NCBI GenBank assembly: GCA_029717555.1 | Contig: JAMDHS010000017.1 | Coordinates: 1-64,000, forward strand | Origin: Peribolospora baueri | Taxonomy: Eukaryota | DNA length: 64,000 nt | Direction: 5' to 3' | In this document: positions 11,013-23,612 of the stretch, one piece after another | How positions within the stretch are numbered: position 1 is the first letter of the stretch | How the letters are laid out: each line of letters starts with the position of its first letter | Program-made: the position numbers and the translations under genes | The notes under the pieces: generated by a model | What the model saw: the letters and a program-made list of their open reading frames with translations, nothing else | What the model was told of the DNA's origin: nothing | Databases searched by the model: none

Positions 11013-13886
11013 TCAAAAAGTGACTTCGAATCTCAACGCGCTCTCTCTCCCCCTCCTCGTACCAACGCCGCCGCCGTCACACTCGACCGCGGAAGGGCTC
11101 GGGCTCGGGCTCGGGCTCGCCGCTCGCCTCCTCCCATCCTTTCCGACCCAGGCTGTCGACTTCTTCCTCCCAGCGGCGGAAGCCTTGACGCCAGCGCCAC
11201 TTCGGCCCGATCGCGGCGACGAGCCAGAACCCGAACCAGAACCAGCGTGAGAAGCGGGAGCACGAGGCGCGGAGGGGGGCGGCCGGACGAGGAGATAACG
11301 ACACTTGAGCGGAGCGCGAAGCTTGTTGGCGCGGATCATGTTCAGCTCGAGGGTGAACATGAGCATGTGGGCCGAGTTGGAGACCAGCCTCGGTCGCGCG
11401 GGGGAGGCGACGCGGGGAGGGGCGGGCAGGGAAGGGGGAGGGGTATAAGTGCTGCCGCCGACGGACGAAGGGCGAACGTTGGATTCGCGCGCGCCAACGT
11501 CTCGTTGTTCCTTCCTCTCCCCTGCCGCCTCGCTGCGCGCACGAGTAGTCGCGCTCCCGACCGCGGCGGCGCCGGACGGCCTTCCCGCCCTCCGTCTCCC
11601 ACCCCTTTCCGCGCTGCTCGTCCTCCTCCGGCGCTTGACGACCGTGCCCAGTCTAACCCATCGATCCGGCGAAGACTCGCGCGACGACGGAGGCGACACC
11701 GGCGGCGAGGTCGGCGGCGAGACGGAGGCGTGAATCACTTTTTGGCCCAGGTCCCGGCCGCGGCCGCGGCCGCAAGCGGCACTCCGGGAGGAGGGTGGAT
11801 GGGGCGCAGAGCCGAGGGCGTCTGAGGGGACCGACTTTGTCTCCTCGGCCGCCTCGTCGTCGGAGACGCGGTCGACGGCATCGCCGTCCTTCTCGCCTCC
11901 GTCACCGCGACCTTGCCTTTTCACTCGTTCAGGCTCTTCTTTTTCCTCCTCATTCCGCCCCTTCTCGCTCTCGACGCTAACGTCGTCCACCACATCCTCC
12001 GGCTCCGTCGGTCCAACGAGACCAAACGTCTGCAGGCAAACGACCGAGCACAGTTCCGTTTCCGGGTCATTTCCTCTGGCGCCTTCAAAGCTCAGCAGCA
12101 CGCTCGCCGCCGCCCGTGCCCGCGAGGCTGAGCGGCACCGGAGGCTCCCGACGCGGCCCCTGGACGGTGTGGCGGAGAAGGGGGCGGTTGCGGCATCCGA
12201 GGCGTCCTCAGAGGAAGAAGAGTTCGTCTCGTCGTCGTCGTCGTCGTCGTCGTTGCCGTCGTCCAGTCGACCTCTGTGGCCCTCAAAGGACGTCGCGGCG
12301 CTCCTCTCCACAGAATTCCTATTGGCGTTCACCAGTCCCGGCACAGTCGACCGGGCCAGCTGGGCGATGCGCCGCGCAAACGGAGTGAGACCGTAGAGCG
12401 GCGAGAGGAAGAAGGACGAAGCGTGGGACGGGCGCGTGCCGCGAGGACGACGGCGCGGCGGCGCAGGCGAGGGGATCCGCGCGTCAGACGGGTTCGATGG
12501 ATCGGATGGCGTGGCGGGAGAAGGATCGGAAACGGAGCGAGAGTGGAGAGAAACGGGCGGTGACGGGCGTGCAAGCTCATCTTCTAGCTCGGAGGAGATG
12601 ACCAGCGGCGCGGCGTCCTGAGCCACCGCCTCGCGTCGTGCAGGGACGGAAGCGCGTGGAGAGACGCTGGGGAAGGCCGCGGGGGCGGATGGAAGCTGCT
12701 TCTTAGGCGCCACTGGTGCCTGTGCTCCATCTGTCGAGGAGGAATGGATGGGTGGGAAGAAGTAGGAGGCGTCGAAAACGCCTTCGCCGTCCGGAGGTGA
12801 AACGGGCGAAGTAGACAGACAAGGGGACGTGGGTGACCTGCTGAGGCCGGGCACGTCCGAAGTGACGGAGAGAGAAGAGGACGAGCCAGCGGTGCTCGCC
12901 GCACTGTGGGACGAACTGGACTGGGAGGAGGAAGCAGAGGAAGCGGGAGAAAGCCGGCTCGCTCGACCGGCGTCGTAATCGTCGAGAAGCACCTCGAGGC
13001 TTGCGTTGCCTCTGCGCAACGCTCGTGGCACGTCGCCAGGCGTGCCCTGATCAAGTCCGTTTTGGGTCCATGATTCCTCCTCGCCTTCCTCGGGAGGGAA
13101 GAGCGGCGCGCCGAACCTCCGGCCATCCCTGTCGGAGGCCGTCTGGACGGTCAACTTGGGCAACGGGAGCCTCGTACCGGCGGCGACGTTCGAGGTACGC
13201 TCCTGAACCTGAACCTGACCCTGACCGCCCCGAGGCGCACCATCGCGACCGGACTCGTGCTTGACGGGAATGCTCGAACACCTGCGACCGACGGCGACGT
13301 TGCTCGTGCCCACCGAAGGCCAAGCGGCGGTGGAGACGAACGCGGTGGGAGCGAGGTAAGTGGGCACGCCGAGGTCCACCACCGCGGTGTTCCGAGAGCG
13401 GCTGGCGGCGGGAGGACGGCGGGAGGTCCGTTTGCCACTGTAGAGCGTGGTGGGCGCGGCACGGGCGGTGATGGAGTCGTCGTCGAAAGAAGGATAGGGG
13501 AGGTCGAGAGCGCGCGATTTGCCCTTGTCTGAGGCCAGCGAGACGTCGACGGCTTCCCCTTCGCCAGGGAGATAGCCGCTCTGCCGTTGAGGCTTGCGCC
13601 GCTTCGCGGACGCCGTCGAGGACCCTGCCTTGGTGCGCGGGTGCGGGTGATCACCAGACCGGGCGGCATCGGCTCTCTTGCGAATAGAAAGCGGTGGGAT
13701 GACGCCGTATGGCTGCAGGCCGTTGGCGAGGATGTAGGCGATGGCGGCGCGATAGTCGAACGCGTCCTCCGCCTCGGCAATGTCGAAGAAAGGGAGGAAG
13801 GAAGACGAGCCTGAGGCCGACCGAGAGCGGTGGGTGGAGGTGGACCCGGGCAGGCGGTGAAAAGGGGGCAGGGTGGAGATGGACAT
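11013..13886 (-). CDS. Hypothetical intronless Ser/Pro/Arg-rich protein (about 957 aa)
   Basis: Long uninterrupted ORF, first ATG at 13886. Short ordered segments FDYRAAIAYILANG and RPRLVSNSAHMLMFTLELNMIRANKLRAPLKCR. Confidence 0.75.
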   Translation of the reverse strand: MSISTLPPFHRLPGSTSTHRSRSASGSSSFLPFFDIAEAEDAFDYRAAIAYILANGLQPYGVIPPLSIRKRADAARSGDHPHPRTKAGSSTASAKRRKPQRQSGYLPGEGEAVDVSLASDKGKSRALDLPYPSFDDDSITARAAPTTLYSGKRTSRRPPAASRSRNTAVVDLGVPTYLAPTAFVSTAAWPSVGTSNVAVGRRCSSIPVKHESGRDGAPRGGQGQVQVQERTSNVAAGTRLPLPKLTVQTASDRDGRRFGAPLFPPEEGEEESWTQNGLDQGTPGDVPRALRRGNASLEVLLDDYDAGRASRLSPASSASSSQSSSSHSAASTAGSSSSLSVTSDVPGLSRSPTSPCLSTSPVSPPDGEGVFDASYFFPPIHSSSTDGAQAPVAPKKQLPSAPAAFPSVSPRASVPARREAVAQDAAPLVISSELEDELARPSPPVSLHSRSVSDPSPATPSDPSNPSDARIPSPAPPRRRPRGTRPSHASSFFLSPLYGLTPFARRIAQLARSTVPGLVNANRNSVERSAATSFEGHRGRLDDGNDDDDDDDETNSSSSEDASDAATAPFSATPSRGRVGSLRCRSASRARAAASVLLSFEGARGNDPETELCSVVCLQTFGLVGPTEPEDVVDDVSVESEKGRNEEEKEEPERVKRQGRGDGGEKDGDAVDRVSDDEAAEETKSVPSDALGSAPHPPSSRSAACGRGRGRDLGQKVIHASVSPPTSPPVSPPSSRESSPDRWVRLGTVVKRRRRTSSAERGGRRRAGRPSGAAAVGSATTRARSEAAGERKEQRDVGARESNVRPSSVGGSTYTPPPSLPAPPRVASPARPRLVSNSAHMLMFTLELNMIRANKLRAPLKCRYLLVRPPPSAPRAPASHAGSGSGSGSSPRSGRSGAGVKASAAGRKKSTAWVGKDGRRRAASPSPSPSPSAVECDGGGVGTRRGRESALRFEVTF

Positions 13887-16572
13887 GGCGAACGTCTGTG
13901 CGCACAAGTAGCCCGGCCGCGAGGTCTAGTGGTGCTGAGACGTGGGAGAAGGCGACCGAGCGTTACGATGGCATGAAGGGGGACGAGAGGTATGCGACGG
14001 CGGCAGTGGTGGTGGGAAGGTGAGGAGAAAGCCGAGCGAAGTGAGTGAGTGAATGACGATGTCCGACAGACGGCAAGGTCGCACGAAGGGACGCGGCGGC
14101 CAACAAGCGATCAACGAGCAAGCCAGGCTCGGACCCTGACGGTTCGAGGCTAGGCGGCCCTAGCGTGCGTAGCCGAGCGGGCCCAACGAGCGAGCCAGTG
14201 CTACCGTCCGTATTACGCGCGTCCAGTCCAGTCCAGTCCAGGGCCGTTCCGGTCGAAAGGACGGGAGACGGAGACAAACACGGAGACAGAGACGGTGTAA
14301 CCACGGAAGCTGGCGACCGGCACTCGGCACTCACCGTTCACCGCTCACTCAAGCAAACGCCGTCGACGGTCGATGCGGGTAGGTAGGTAGGTCGAGTTGT
14401 TGCAATAACGATGACGGTCCCCTCCTGGCTTGCCGCCCACGCCCAGCGCGGGCCAGTAAGGAGTGCTGCTCTCAGCGAGGCGAGGATGAATGGGGAGCGG
14501 AGGGAGGGAGTGGAGGAAGGCGGAGGTGGTGGGGCAGTTCGAATAGAATGGAGCCGTCCCGGGAGACCAACTATCCGTGGGAGGGCGCGCCCGGGGATCA
14601 ATCAATCAGCGATGGAGTCGAGTCGAGTTCGACGCACTGACTTGACTGTACTGCACTGTACGCACGGCCGAGGTCGAGACGGTGGGTCGTCGTCGAAATC
14701 CAAGACGAGGTACGGACGGATGGACGGATGGGAATGGACGGGGATGGGGAAGGGGAGGGAAGCAACCTGAACGGGGGTGGGACCGGGATAAGAACGGGAC
14801 GGGACGGGACGGAACGCGATCGCATTTGATTTCGCCCCTGCGCCGCGCACCATCGGCTCGGAACGCGGGCATCCGGCAACGAACGACGGAAAGAGGCGAC
14901 GTCGACCTCGGCTGGGACGATCGACCGACCAACCGACCGGAAGCAGGCGGATCACGGCCCACCTCGTCGGCCTCATCTTTCTGCCGGACCGCCTTGTTTG
15001 GCGACTGCTCCAGGTTCGACGGCCTAACCTGGCTTCGCTTGCTTAGTGAGTGCGAGTCGTCTGCCAGCGCGCCTTTCGTTCCGCCCCGGCCCGCCCAGCC
15101 ACGGCGTGAGCGGGTTCGGCGCAGTGGGCGTATGTGGTGCGGCCGTCGAGCGAGCGAGCTATGTGGAGTGCGGATGGGGGAATGGATGGACCAGCGTGCT
15201 TAAGCGGATAGACGATCAGGTGCGATGGGGTGATGATGGAGGCAACCACGCCAGTGACACGGTGACCGCTCGTCGTTCGGACGACCAGATCTCCGTCAGC
15301 CCTTTTCTCCTTCGAGATGGCTCCCACCACCTGCAATTCGTGACGACTCCAGTCTACATGCCGCCTACGGAGCCCTTCGCATCATCGTCTTCGTGCGTCG
15401 TCCGCGGTGGGCGGTGATGGACGAGCGAACGAACGGTAGTATCGACGGTCCGTCCGGCCGGCTCTTCTGGCTCATCGCACCACTTCCACTTCCGAACAGG
15501 GACCAGACAGACAGACAGCGCGCACCCGCACCGCACCCCAATATCTGAATCAGGCACGATCACGGACCGAACTTGAACTTGGCTCGTGCAAACCAACCGC
15601 CTCGCTCGCCGGACCGGACCGGACCGAGCCAATCCGAGCGCCCGCTTTTCACACGATGTTGGGACTCTTGAGTCGAGTCGAGTCCGATCTGGTGGACGGA
15701 TGGATAGATGGTGGCGACCGCGTCTGCTCCTCCCTACCTCACCTTGCCCTCTCTTGATTTGACGGATCACCGCGAGCCACGGCCACTTTTCGCGAGGCGG
15801 CGTGCACTTACGTCTCTGTATGAACATTTGCTCCTGCTCATCTCCCCGCACCATAGCTACCTTTCTGCTTCTCACCGTTCGTCGATGGCCAAATTCGCTC
15901 GCTTCATCCTCAAGCTCCCCCGTGTCGTCTGTCGCCGTCCCCGCTGCGGCTGCGGCTGCGGCTGCGGCTGCGGCTGCGTGGGCATTGTCCCGTTGCTGCG
16001 ACATAATGACCGTGCGACGCTTGTCCTCGTCAGACCGTCAGCGTGACCCTCGTCCCCCGGCTGGCTAGACGGGCACGGACGTCTCCGACGGACGATTCCC
16101 CAAGTTTGAGATGCCCGTCAGTGAGGCGCTCCCTCGGATCCGACACGTCACGTCCTTCGAGAAGAAGGAAGGATCGAATTCCGCTCGGATTGCCTGCCGC
16201 CCATCATCGAGTGGATCGCGAGCGAGCGAGCGACGTCTCGGCTTTTTCGTTTTCCTCGCTCGTCGCATTTCTCTTCTCTCTTCTATCGGACAAGCGACCG
16301 ACCGACCGACCGTCGTGGGTGGGCTTCATTCGATTCGCCCACCTTCCTTTGCACTCCCCCCGTGACGACCAGACGAAAGCTCCTAAAACATCTCCCCCGC
16401 CCAAGACGTCCAAGGCTTGGAGGAAAGAGGCGATCAATGTACGGGGGGTCGATGTACGTGTACCCAAGTCGAACAACCGTCCATCCTCGCACGGCCTTGA
16501 AACAACTCCATCTCTCCAACGTCACGCAGAGGAACCCGTCTTCCATGCGCGTGCCCGTCCCGTCCCGTCGTC

Positions 16573-19500
16573 CTACCTCCCTGCCCCACCCCCATCCCTC
16601 GTCGAGTCCCTCCGAATGGCAGAGGTGACCATGCTCCCGAACCGCCTAAACTCGGAAAAGGCCTTGCTCCCCCCGCCCTGTTGCGGCGGCGACGAGGGAC
16701 GGTTGAATCCGTCCGTCGACCCGCCGCCGCCACCGAGACCGAATGGCCCCGTGCGACCCATCATCGGCGGGCTGCTCGGTCCACCCAATGCGTCCCCGCC
16801 GCCGCCGCCGAAGCCGAGGTGGAAGCCGGACGCGAAAGGCGAAAAGCCGGTGGGTGTGACGAGCGGCTGCGACAACGGTTGCGCTGGATCCATGTCGAGC
16901 GCGGTGAGGAAGGACGTGTCGGAGAGATCGTCAAGAGTGGATGTTTGGGAGAGGAAGAGGTCGAATAGCGAGTTCTGGTCCACTCGGCGCACTCCCTGTT
17001 TCGCAAACTCCCCATCCCGTTAGACACACACGGCCTTGCAGCTGCTACAAACAGAGCCGGAAATGCGACGCACCTTGAGATCGAGCATTTTCTGAAAGTT
17101 GGAGAAGCTACGATCTCCAATGAGGACGATGTAGTTCTGCACAAAGCCTTCGGGCGGGTAATCAGGCGTCATGATCACCTTGAGGATCGTCTCAAGGCGT
17201 GAGACGTGCTTGTTCACGTAGCGAGAGTACCTGCAATGGGCACCCGCGGAAGGAAATGGAAGTGAGCCCCGTGGCAGGACCGGACCGCCCGCCGCCGCTA
17301 GCACGTTGATCCTCACGACGTTGCCGCCGTCAATGTGGCTTCTTCCTCCGAGTACTTTGGAAGCTCTAGCAAGACAATTTTGACTCCCAAAATGTCCAGG
17401 AGCAGCTTTATTCGAACGCAAGGACCGACCGTCAGCACGTCCTCAAGAGCGTTGGTGAAGTCAGCTTACCTGTTCTGCGATCGTCTTGGAGATGGGCTTG
17501 AGCTTTACGATAGTCTGCGTGAATCGCGAGATGATGATGCTGCGAACAGACATGCATGCAAAAATTTAGACCGTCAGTTTCAAGCCACCGGCAGGTAGAT
17601 CCGTGGAGCTTGGATCAAGGCCGAGGCAAGTACGGCCGGCCGCCCTCACCCGATAGCCCTATCACAGAAGCTCCTCCAATACCGCTTGTTCTCCACCCTC
17701 TCCCTCACCGGCCTACCTATACTCCCCACCACCGCCGCCAGCTCGTCCACATACGCCGACGTGCCGCTGACGTGCTCGAGAGAGTGCCACGGTTGAGGCG
17801 GACGGAGCATGGCCGCGAAAGCGGGTTCGGTGGCTTGCTCGAGGTGGGAGACGAGAGAAGAGATAGAGGAGGAGATGACGCTGGCGGACGATGCGAGAGT
17901 AAGCCGCGAAATGAGCGAAGTGGACAAGGTTGGGAAGAATTAAATTCTCCACGCTCACCCCAAGAACACCTCCCTTTCATCCTCCAAGCTAACCCTCTCC
18001 TTAAAATCCTCATGGATCTTCTCTCGCAACTTGTCCTCGAGCTGCGAGACTGTCGTTGAGCAGTAGTCCGCCGTGTTGAGCACAAGACACGCTTTCAGGA
18101 GTTCGGTTTGGTTTGGACGTGAGTCGAACGATCTCCGGGACGGCGGTTCTGGTCTGAACGCCCGATCAAGCGGGTTCAGAGCGCGAGGCCAAATAGATGT
18201 CTAAGCGAAGAGGACGCGAAAGACGAACGTGTACGTTCCACTCACCGACCCAATCCATTCTTCACCAGCACTTCATCCGCGTAACCTCTGAGCCATTTCT
18301 TGTATACGCCACACAAGTCCAAGAACGGCGCCCGATTGCTGAGCTTCGCGCACGTCTCTAGTGTTTGTCGGTAGAAGAAGAAGAGTTCCGTCGAGGATGG
18401 TAGCACGGTCATGATCGGTTCCGTGTCCCCCCCGTGCGCTGTTGCGGAAGCTCCGCCAGCAGGGCCGGCTGTCGAAGCGTTAGGATGGGTCGAAGAAGAA
18501 TGATCGGCAGTAGGTTGGATGGGCATGGAGCGCCAGACGGAGAGCATGTCCGCGAGAGCTCTGTCCTGCGCCTCAACAAACACGCCGAGGTAGGGATCGA
18601 ATGTGCTCGCAAGCGTGGCTGGCGTCGTAAGGTTGGTCGATGCGGAGCCGACGAGCTCGGTGTACTGTGGATGCGCGTGTCAAAGCGAATCAGAGCTTGA
18701 TTTCGGCGAAAGATCAAACCCTTGGACTCACCGAAACGCCATATTTCTTGCTCAACCAAGCCTCAAACTCGAGCGTACTCTGCAAGCTCTCCAAAAGCAG
18801 CTGGACCCCTAGCGTCGGTCGAGCCTTGGCAAGGATGGCCTTCAGGTCATCTCTGAAAAGCGAATCAAATACGAGTCGTCAGAAAGATGAGGCAACAGGA
18901 AATAGAGCGAAGACTACGCGACCAGAGAAAATGAAAGAACAACTGACCTTGTGATCTCATTCCACTTGCTGCACAACCACCGCCCCACATCCCACTCCTT
19001 CATGAACAGTACGGCATGCTCCTCGTCGTGCGTTTTGAGTACCCTTCGAAACCACGCGAACCGGCGCGCGAGATTGTCCAATTGACCGGCCTGACGTGGC
19101 GACAGGTTTGCGAAAGTGGAAAACAGTCCGTGAACATTGACTGGTCAACACCGTCTGAGCAGCAGGAAAGCACTCACTTCGTCGGTAAGTCTGAAGATTC
19201 GTCGGTAGTCTCGCAACTGCAGTGCGCAGTACCAGTCCACGAGATGGTTCCTGTCGAGATGGTGGGGCAAAGGGAATATGACATGTGAAACGAGTGCAAA
19301 GGCCAGACGCAGAACTCATAAAGCTAACCTAGCGTCGTCCCCCAAAGCGCCGATGACCAAGCTCGCGTCAGCCATCGTCGCAGGACGCAGGCCGCGTGCT
19401 GCGCCGTCGTGAAGGAAGCTGGGGCGGAAGCAAGGAGGTGACGGTAAGTTAGCATCCAATACATGATCGTGCCCACTGAGATCGATCGAGTCTGCCTACG

Positions 19501-20509
19501 TGCGAGGGCTTCACGGCCATTCCTCCCGCAAAACTCACTAATCCTCAAAGTCCCGCATGCAGCTTTCTCTTGCCCTTCCCTGCAGCTCTTGGTTGACCCT
19601 CCACACAGCGGCAATCCTATCAACACTTGTGTATGGTCTGAAAAAGGCTTGCAAGCTTCTGACGGCTTGCAGTGTCTGCGCCATCTCTCGATAGGAGGAG
19701 GAGGACCGGGTGGAGCAGAGGCGAGAAAGGGTATCTGTTGAGGAAACTGTGGGAGGAAAAAGGGGATAGATCCAAAGAAATTCAGGTTAATAAGATCAAA
19801 AGACGTCGTCAAGTTACGCGCGGGAAGAACGCCTACCTAGCATCTGAAAGCGCTTGACCACGCTCATAGAAAGCTGGATGTTCTTCTTAGCAAGGTCAAG
19901 GGAGCGAATATCGCTGGTGATGTCGCGCACAACCACTTCTGACTCGGACGCCTTCTCTTGTATGCGTGAGAGCTGTTCGAAGAGAGCCTGTCGTTGGGAC
20001 AGAGGGTGAAAAAGAGCTCTCGTGAGACCGGACCATCCGAAGCAGAAGAGAAGAGTGGGAACTAAACCCTTCGCAGACTTACAGCAATCAACTCCTGAAT
20101 CTGCACTATACGCCCCCTCCCCCCTCCTCCATCTGCTCCGCCAGCACCATCCTCTCCTCCACCAGTTCGCTGCTCAGCATCGAGCTCGGCTCGCAGCTGC
20201 AAAATCTCGTCTTGGAGCTCTCTGATCTCGCTGCGGAGGCGGGCTTGGATCAAGGAAGCTTGGGAGAGAGACGATTCTGGGTCATGTAAAAAGAAAATTC
20301 AAGGCAAGAGAAAATAAGTAAAGTGAGCGCTGGAGTAAACAAAGTGACGGAAAGAGGAGATCGCTAGCCGTCGCGCAGAGACGGCCTTGCGACGACCCAC
20401 CGTCGGGAAAGAGTTCGTTGAGCGCATCCACCAAGCTTGTCTTCCCAAGGGCGGCGGAGAGAGTAGGAAACGGCGTCGGAGGAGCCATGGCGGTAGTGGC
20501 GGAAGCCAT
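16573..20509 (-). CDS. VPS53: GARP complex subunit Vps53, multi-exon
   Basis: LVDALNELFPD, REKASESEVVVRDITSDIRSLDLAKKNI, LPSSTELFFFYRQTLETCAKLS, CLVLNTADYCSTT, LETILKVIMTP..PPEGFVQNYIVLIGDRSFSNFQKMLDLKG. Confidence 0.92.
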
Positions 20510-21127
20510 GACCCGTCTCCTCAGAGCGGTGGAGCTCAGGTATAACTATAGCAAGTGAGACGGGTGAGCAACGAATGGCGGTTAAGTTCGGACGTGAGTG
20601 GCCTGTGCAGGCAACCGCAACTGATGTCACGTGCCTCGGTCTGACGTGCGCCTCCCTTTTCTCTTCGGCCTCATCGTCCTCGCTCCGTTTCAGACTGGCC
20701 CAAACCTGACCCGGCCCGGGTTGGCGGCCGATGCGGCCCCCTTCCCAACCCTCCACTCTCATCTTCCCTATTTCTTCGCTTACTTCGAGCTCTCAACACC
20801 CTCGAATATGATTGGCCTTATTTTACCGCCAACACGTGTGCGGCCAGTGCCTCTCGCGCTCAAGGCACCCAATTTTTTCTCGATTTAGAGCGTCCGGTTG
20901 CTCATGGGCTCAGGCAATGCGCGTCGGCGCGGCTTCTAGTCCTACTTTCCTGCTCCCTCCCGCGTACGTTGAGCTGCACATTCTCTCGGCAAAGAAGGAC
21001 AAGTAGGGCAGGGCATGGTTTGCAATGAGGTCTGAGCATTTCTATGTTGATCATGGACAATATCATTGGTTTATACAAAGTTCGTCTTCCGAAATGATAC
21101 CTGTTCGTCGTCATCCTAGCTATCTAT

Positions 21128-22799
21128 CTACTTAGGAGCCATCATGGTAGTCGGAGCCTCTGGGCGCCTTCCGCGGTCGTCAAGGAACCAGTTGAGCGAG
21201 TGGTCTTCGACGTGCTTGCGGACGCCAGTCCAACCGTACGCGTTGCGCTTCCGCTTGAGGTGCTGAGCGACTTCGTCATCTGCGTGGTTCTCGCAGCGGT
21301 AGCCGTACTGGAGGCACTGCGTGCGCGGGTCTCCCCAGAGGTTGGGCGTGCGGAGGTAGTGGATGCCTTCGAGCTCGACGCTCATGGCGCGGTCGCGAGC
21401 TTGCTGGTCCGGGCCGTCGGGGAACTGCCAGATGTGACCCTGGGTGATGGAACGTTCCTGCGTCTCCGTCGCCCTGTTCAAGCGCACATCAACGTAAATG
21501 TCAAGCGCCTCCTTCAAGGAGAGCTGGCCCTTGTTGACGTAATCCGTCACACGGCCCAAAACGGCAGCGTCCTCGATGGCCATGGCCGCCCCTTGGCCCA
21601 TGTGGGGGAACATGGAGTGGGCTGAGTCGCCGAGAAGGGTGACCTTGTAGCTCGGCGCGTTCCACGTCGGAAGGGGCTTGGTGAGGAGGAGACCCCAGCG
21701 AGTGCACCATGTCGTCGCCTTGATAATCTTGGCCACGACTGGGGCGAAATCAGCGAAGTCCTTGAGTGCTCCGGCCTGGCACTCCTGGTCCGGAGCGTCG
21801 GGCGGATTCGGGTCTTGCTGCGACGTGACGATGTTGATGTACTCGTTCCCACTCATGGGGCTGAAGGCGAGAACATAAAAATCGCTTGAGTTTCCGCTGT
21901 CACCGTAGGAAAAGGGAAGAGATAGAAAACTCACTAGGTGATAAAGTATTTGTTCTGGCCCATCCAGAGGTTCATCGCCGGCTCCTCGTACAGCTTGTTC
22001 AGCTCCTCGTCGACTGCGCGAAGGTCGGCGGTCTTGACGCTCATACGGTAAGCCGCGGCGTTGCCACCGGGGTTGTAAGGCTCCGCACCGGGGAACATGG
22101 TCCTGCGGAATACCGACTTGACACCATCAGCGCCGACGAAAAGGTCTGCCTTGACCACCTCGCCGGTGTGGAGGGTGACCGACGGCGCATCGACGTCGAC
22201 GGAAGAGACACGGGCGTTGGTGCGGACGATGACGCCGAGCTCCTCAGCGCGCTTGATGAGGCAGGTGAGCAGGTCGTGTCGGTGGAGCGTCCACCAGGGC
22301 GCACCCAGGTTGCGCTCCATGAGTGGGTTCAGGTCCGAACGGCCGATCGGCTTGCTAGTCTCCCATCGGTAGATACGGAAGTCTTTGGGCTTCACGGCTC
22401 GGTCGCCGAGGAACTTTGCCGCACCCCACTTCTGGAGCAGGTTGCTAACGTTCGAAGGTACCTGGATACCAGCACCGATCTATATACCGTGAAAAGAGAC
22501 GGAAGGGATCGGTTAGCGTCAAGAAGGAAGGGCACATAGATGGAACAGGCAAGCACACAGGCAAGCGCGAGGCCAGCACGAGGCTGCCGATTTTGGACAG
22601 CCCACGTCGTGGACACGCTCCGCAAGGCGACATGGCAAAACAAGAACAGAAAAGAAAAGATGCAACCGAATGTACTCACTTCACCGAGCTCGGGTGCTGC
22701 TTCGAGAATGGTGACCTTGCAGCCGGCGAGGGTGAGCGAGACAGCAGCGGCCACGCCACCGATGCCGCCGCCGACGATCTTGACGTCGAGAGATGGCAT
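21128..22799 (-). CDS. FAD-dependent monooxygenase (group A, salicylate hydroxylase-like)
   Basis: Three exons carrying IVGGGIGG, EIGAGIQV, VGADGVKS, GDSAHSMFPHMGQGAAMAIEDA and WQFPDGPDQQARD. Confidence 0.93.
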
Positions 22800-23612
22800 A
22801 CTTGAATGAAGAAAAGACAGAGAGGAGGGCTGGGTCTAAGGGGATTGGGTGAAAGCCAGAGGGAACGATGCTGAGGGTAGAGTCCTAGGCTACAGCAGAC
22901 TGGCTCTTTTATATGCTAGACAGGTGTCTGTTGTCGCTCGGCCCAAGATAGCTCAGCTCATCTGCCGCCCATACGAGCCTGTTTTCCACCCTGCCTCTCA
23001 TCGCAGCGACAGGTAAACGAGAAAGAACGGATAGCGTTAGCTACATGCGCTGTGGGCCTTCCTTCGGGTTGGACTCTTGGTCGACTTGCGTGAACGCACT
23101 GATCGTGCAGTGGAGAGACAGAGATCCGTGCGGGGTAAATTAGGGAGGATATCCGGTGCAGACAACCGCGTCCCGTCGGATAGCTGAGATCCGCATCATA
23201 TCTATCCGGCGTACAGGGCCGAGGCCGGGGCCCCGCTTTGTCGGCTGGCCGCGTCGCATCTCGTCCCGGATACCTGCAGGAGTCCGGCTACCACATATTT
23301 GGTACCACAACATCTCAGCGGTGCACTCCCACTGCGTGAAGCCAGCGGCGGGTTAGGGTGCGCACGGGTGTGGGTCGTCTCGGTTCAGTTCGGCACGACC
23401 GCATCAGTCTCCACTTCCGGAGACAACGTCATCCTGTGCGGAGAAGCGAGTCCTGAGAAGGAGGGGGGGAGGCGACGTCTACTTTACAAATACCGGCCTT
23501 GCTACTTCCGCGCACCCCGGCACACGGATCTTCACTCTACCCAGCCTGAATCCTTCTTCTGCCCTTCTCAACGCCCCGCTCACAACAGACTATACAAGAA
23601 CGTTCCCACATC
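22800..23612. promoter_or_regulatory. Divergent promoter with five TATCCG/CGGATA sites (candidate Zn2Cys6 half-sites)
   Basis: Motif at 23028, 23150, 23177, 23203 and 23267. TATAAA on the minus strand near 22907-22913. Confidence 0.6.

Noticed and set aside
15354..16004. 216-aa ORF with poly-Ala
   Set aside because: Driven by a (GCAGCC)n microsatellite in GC-rich intergenic DNA, with no domain signal.
16043..17023. 326-aa plus-strand ORF
   Set aside because: Largely an antisense shadow of the last VPS53 exon and its 3' region.
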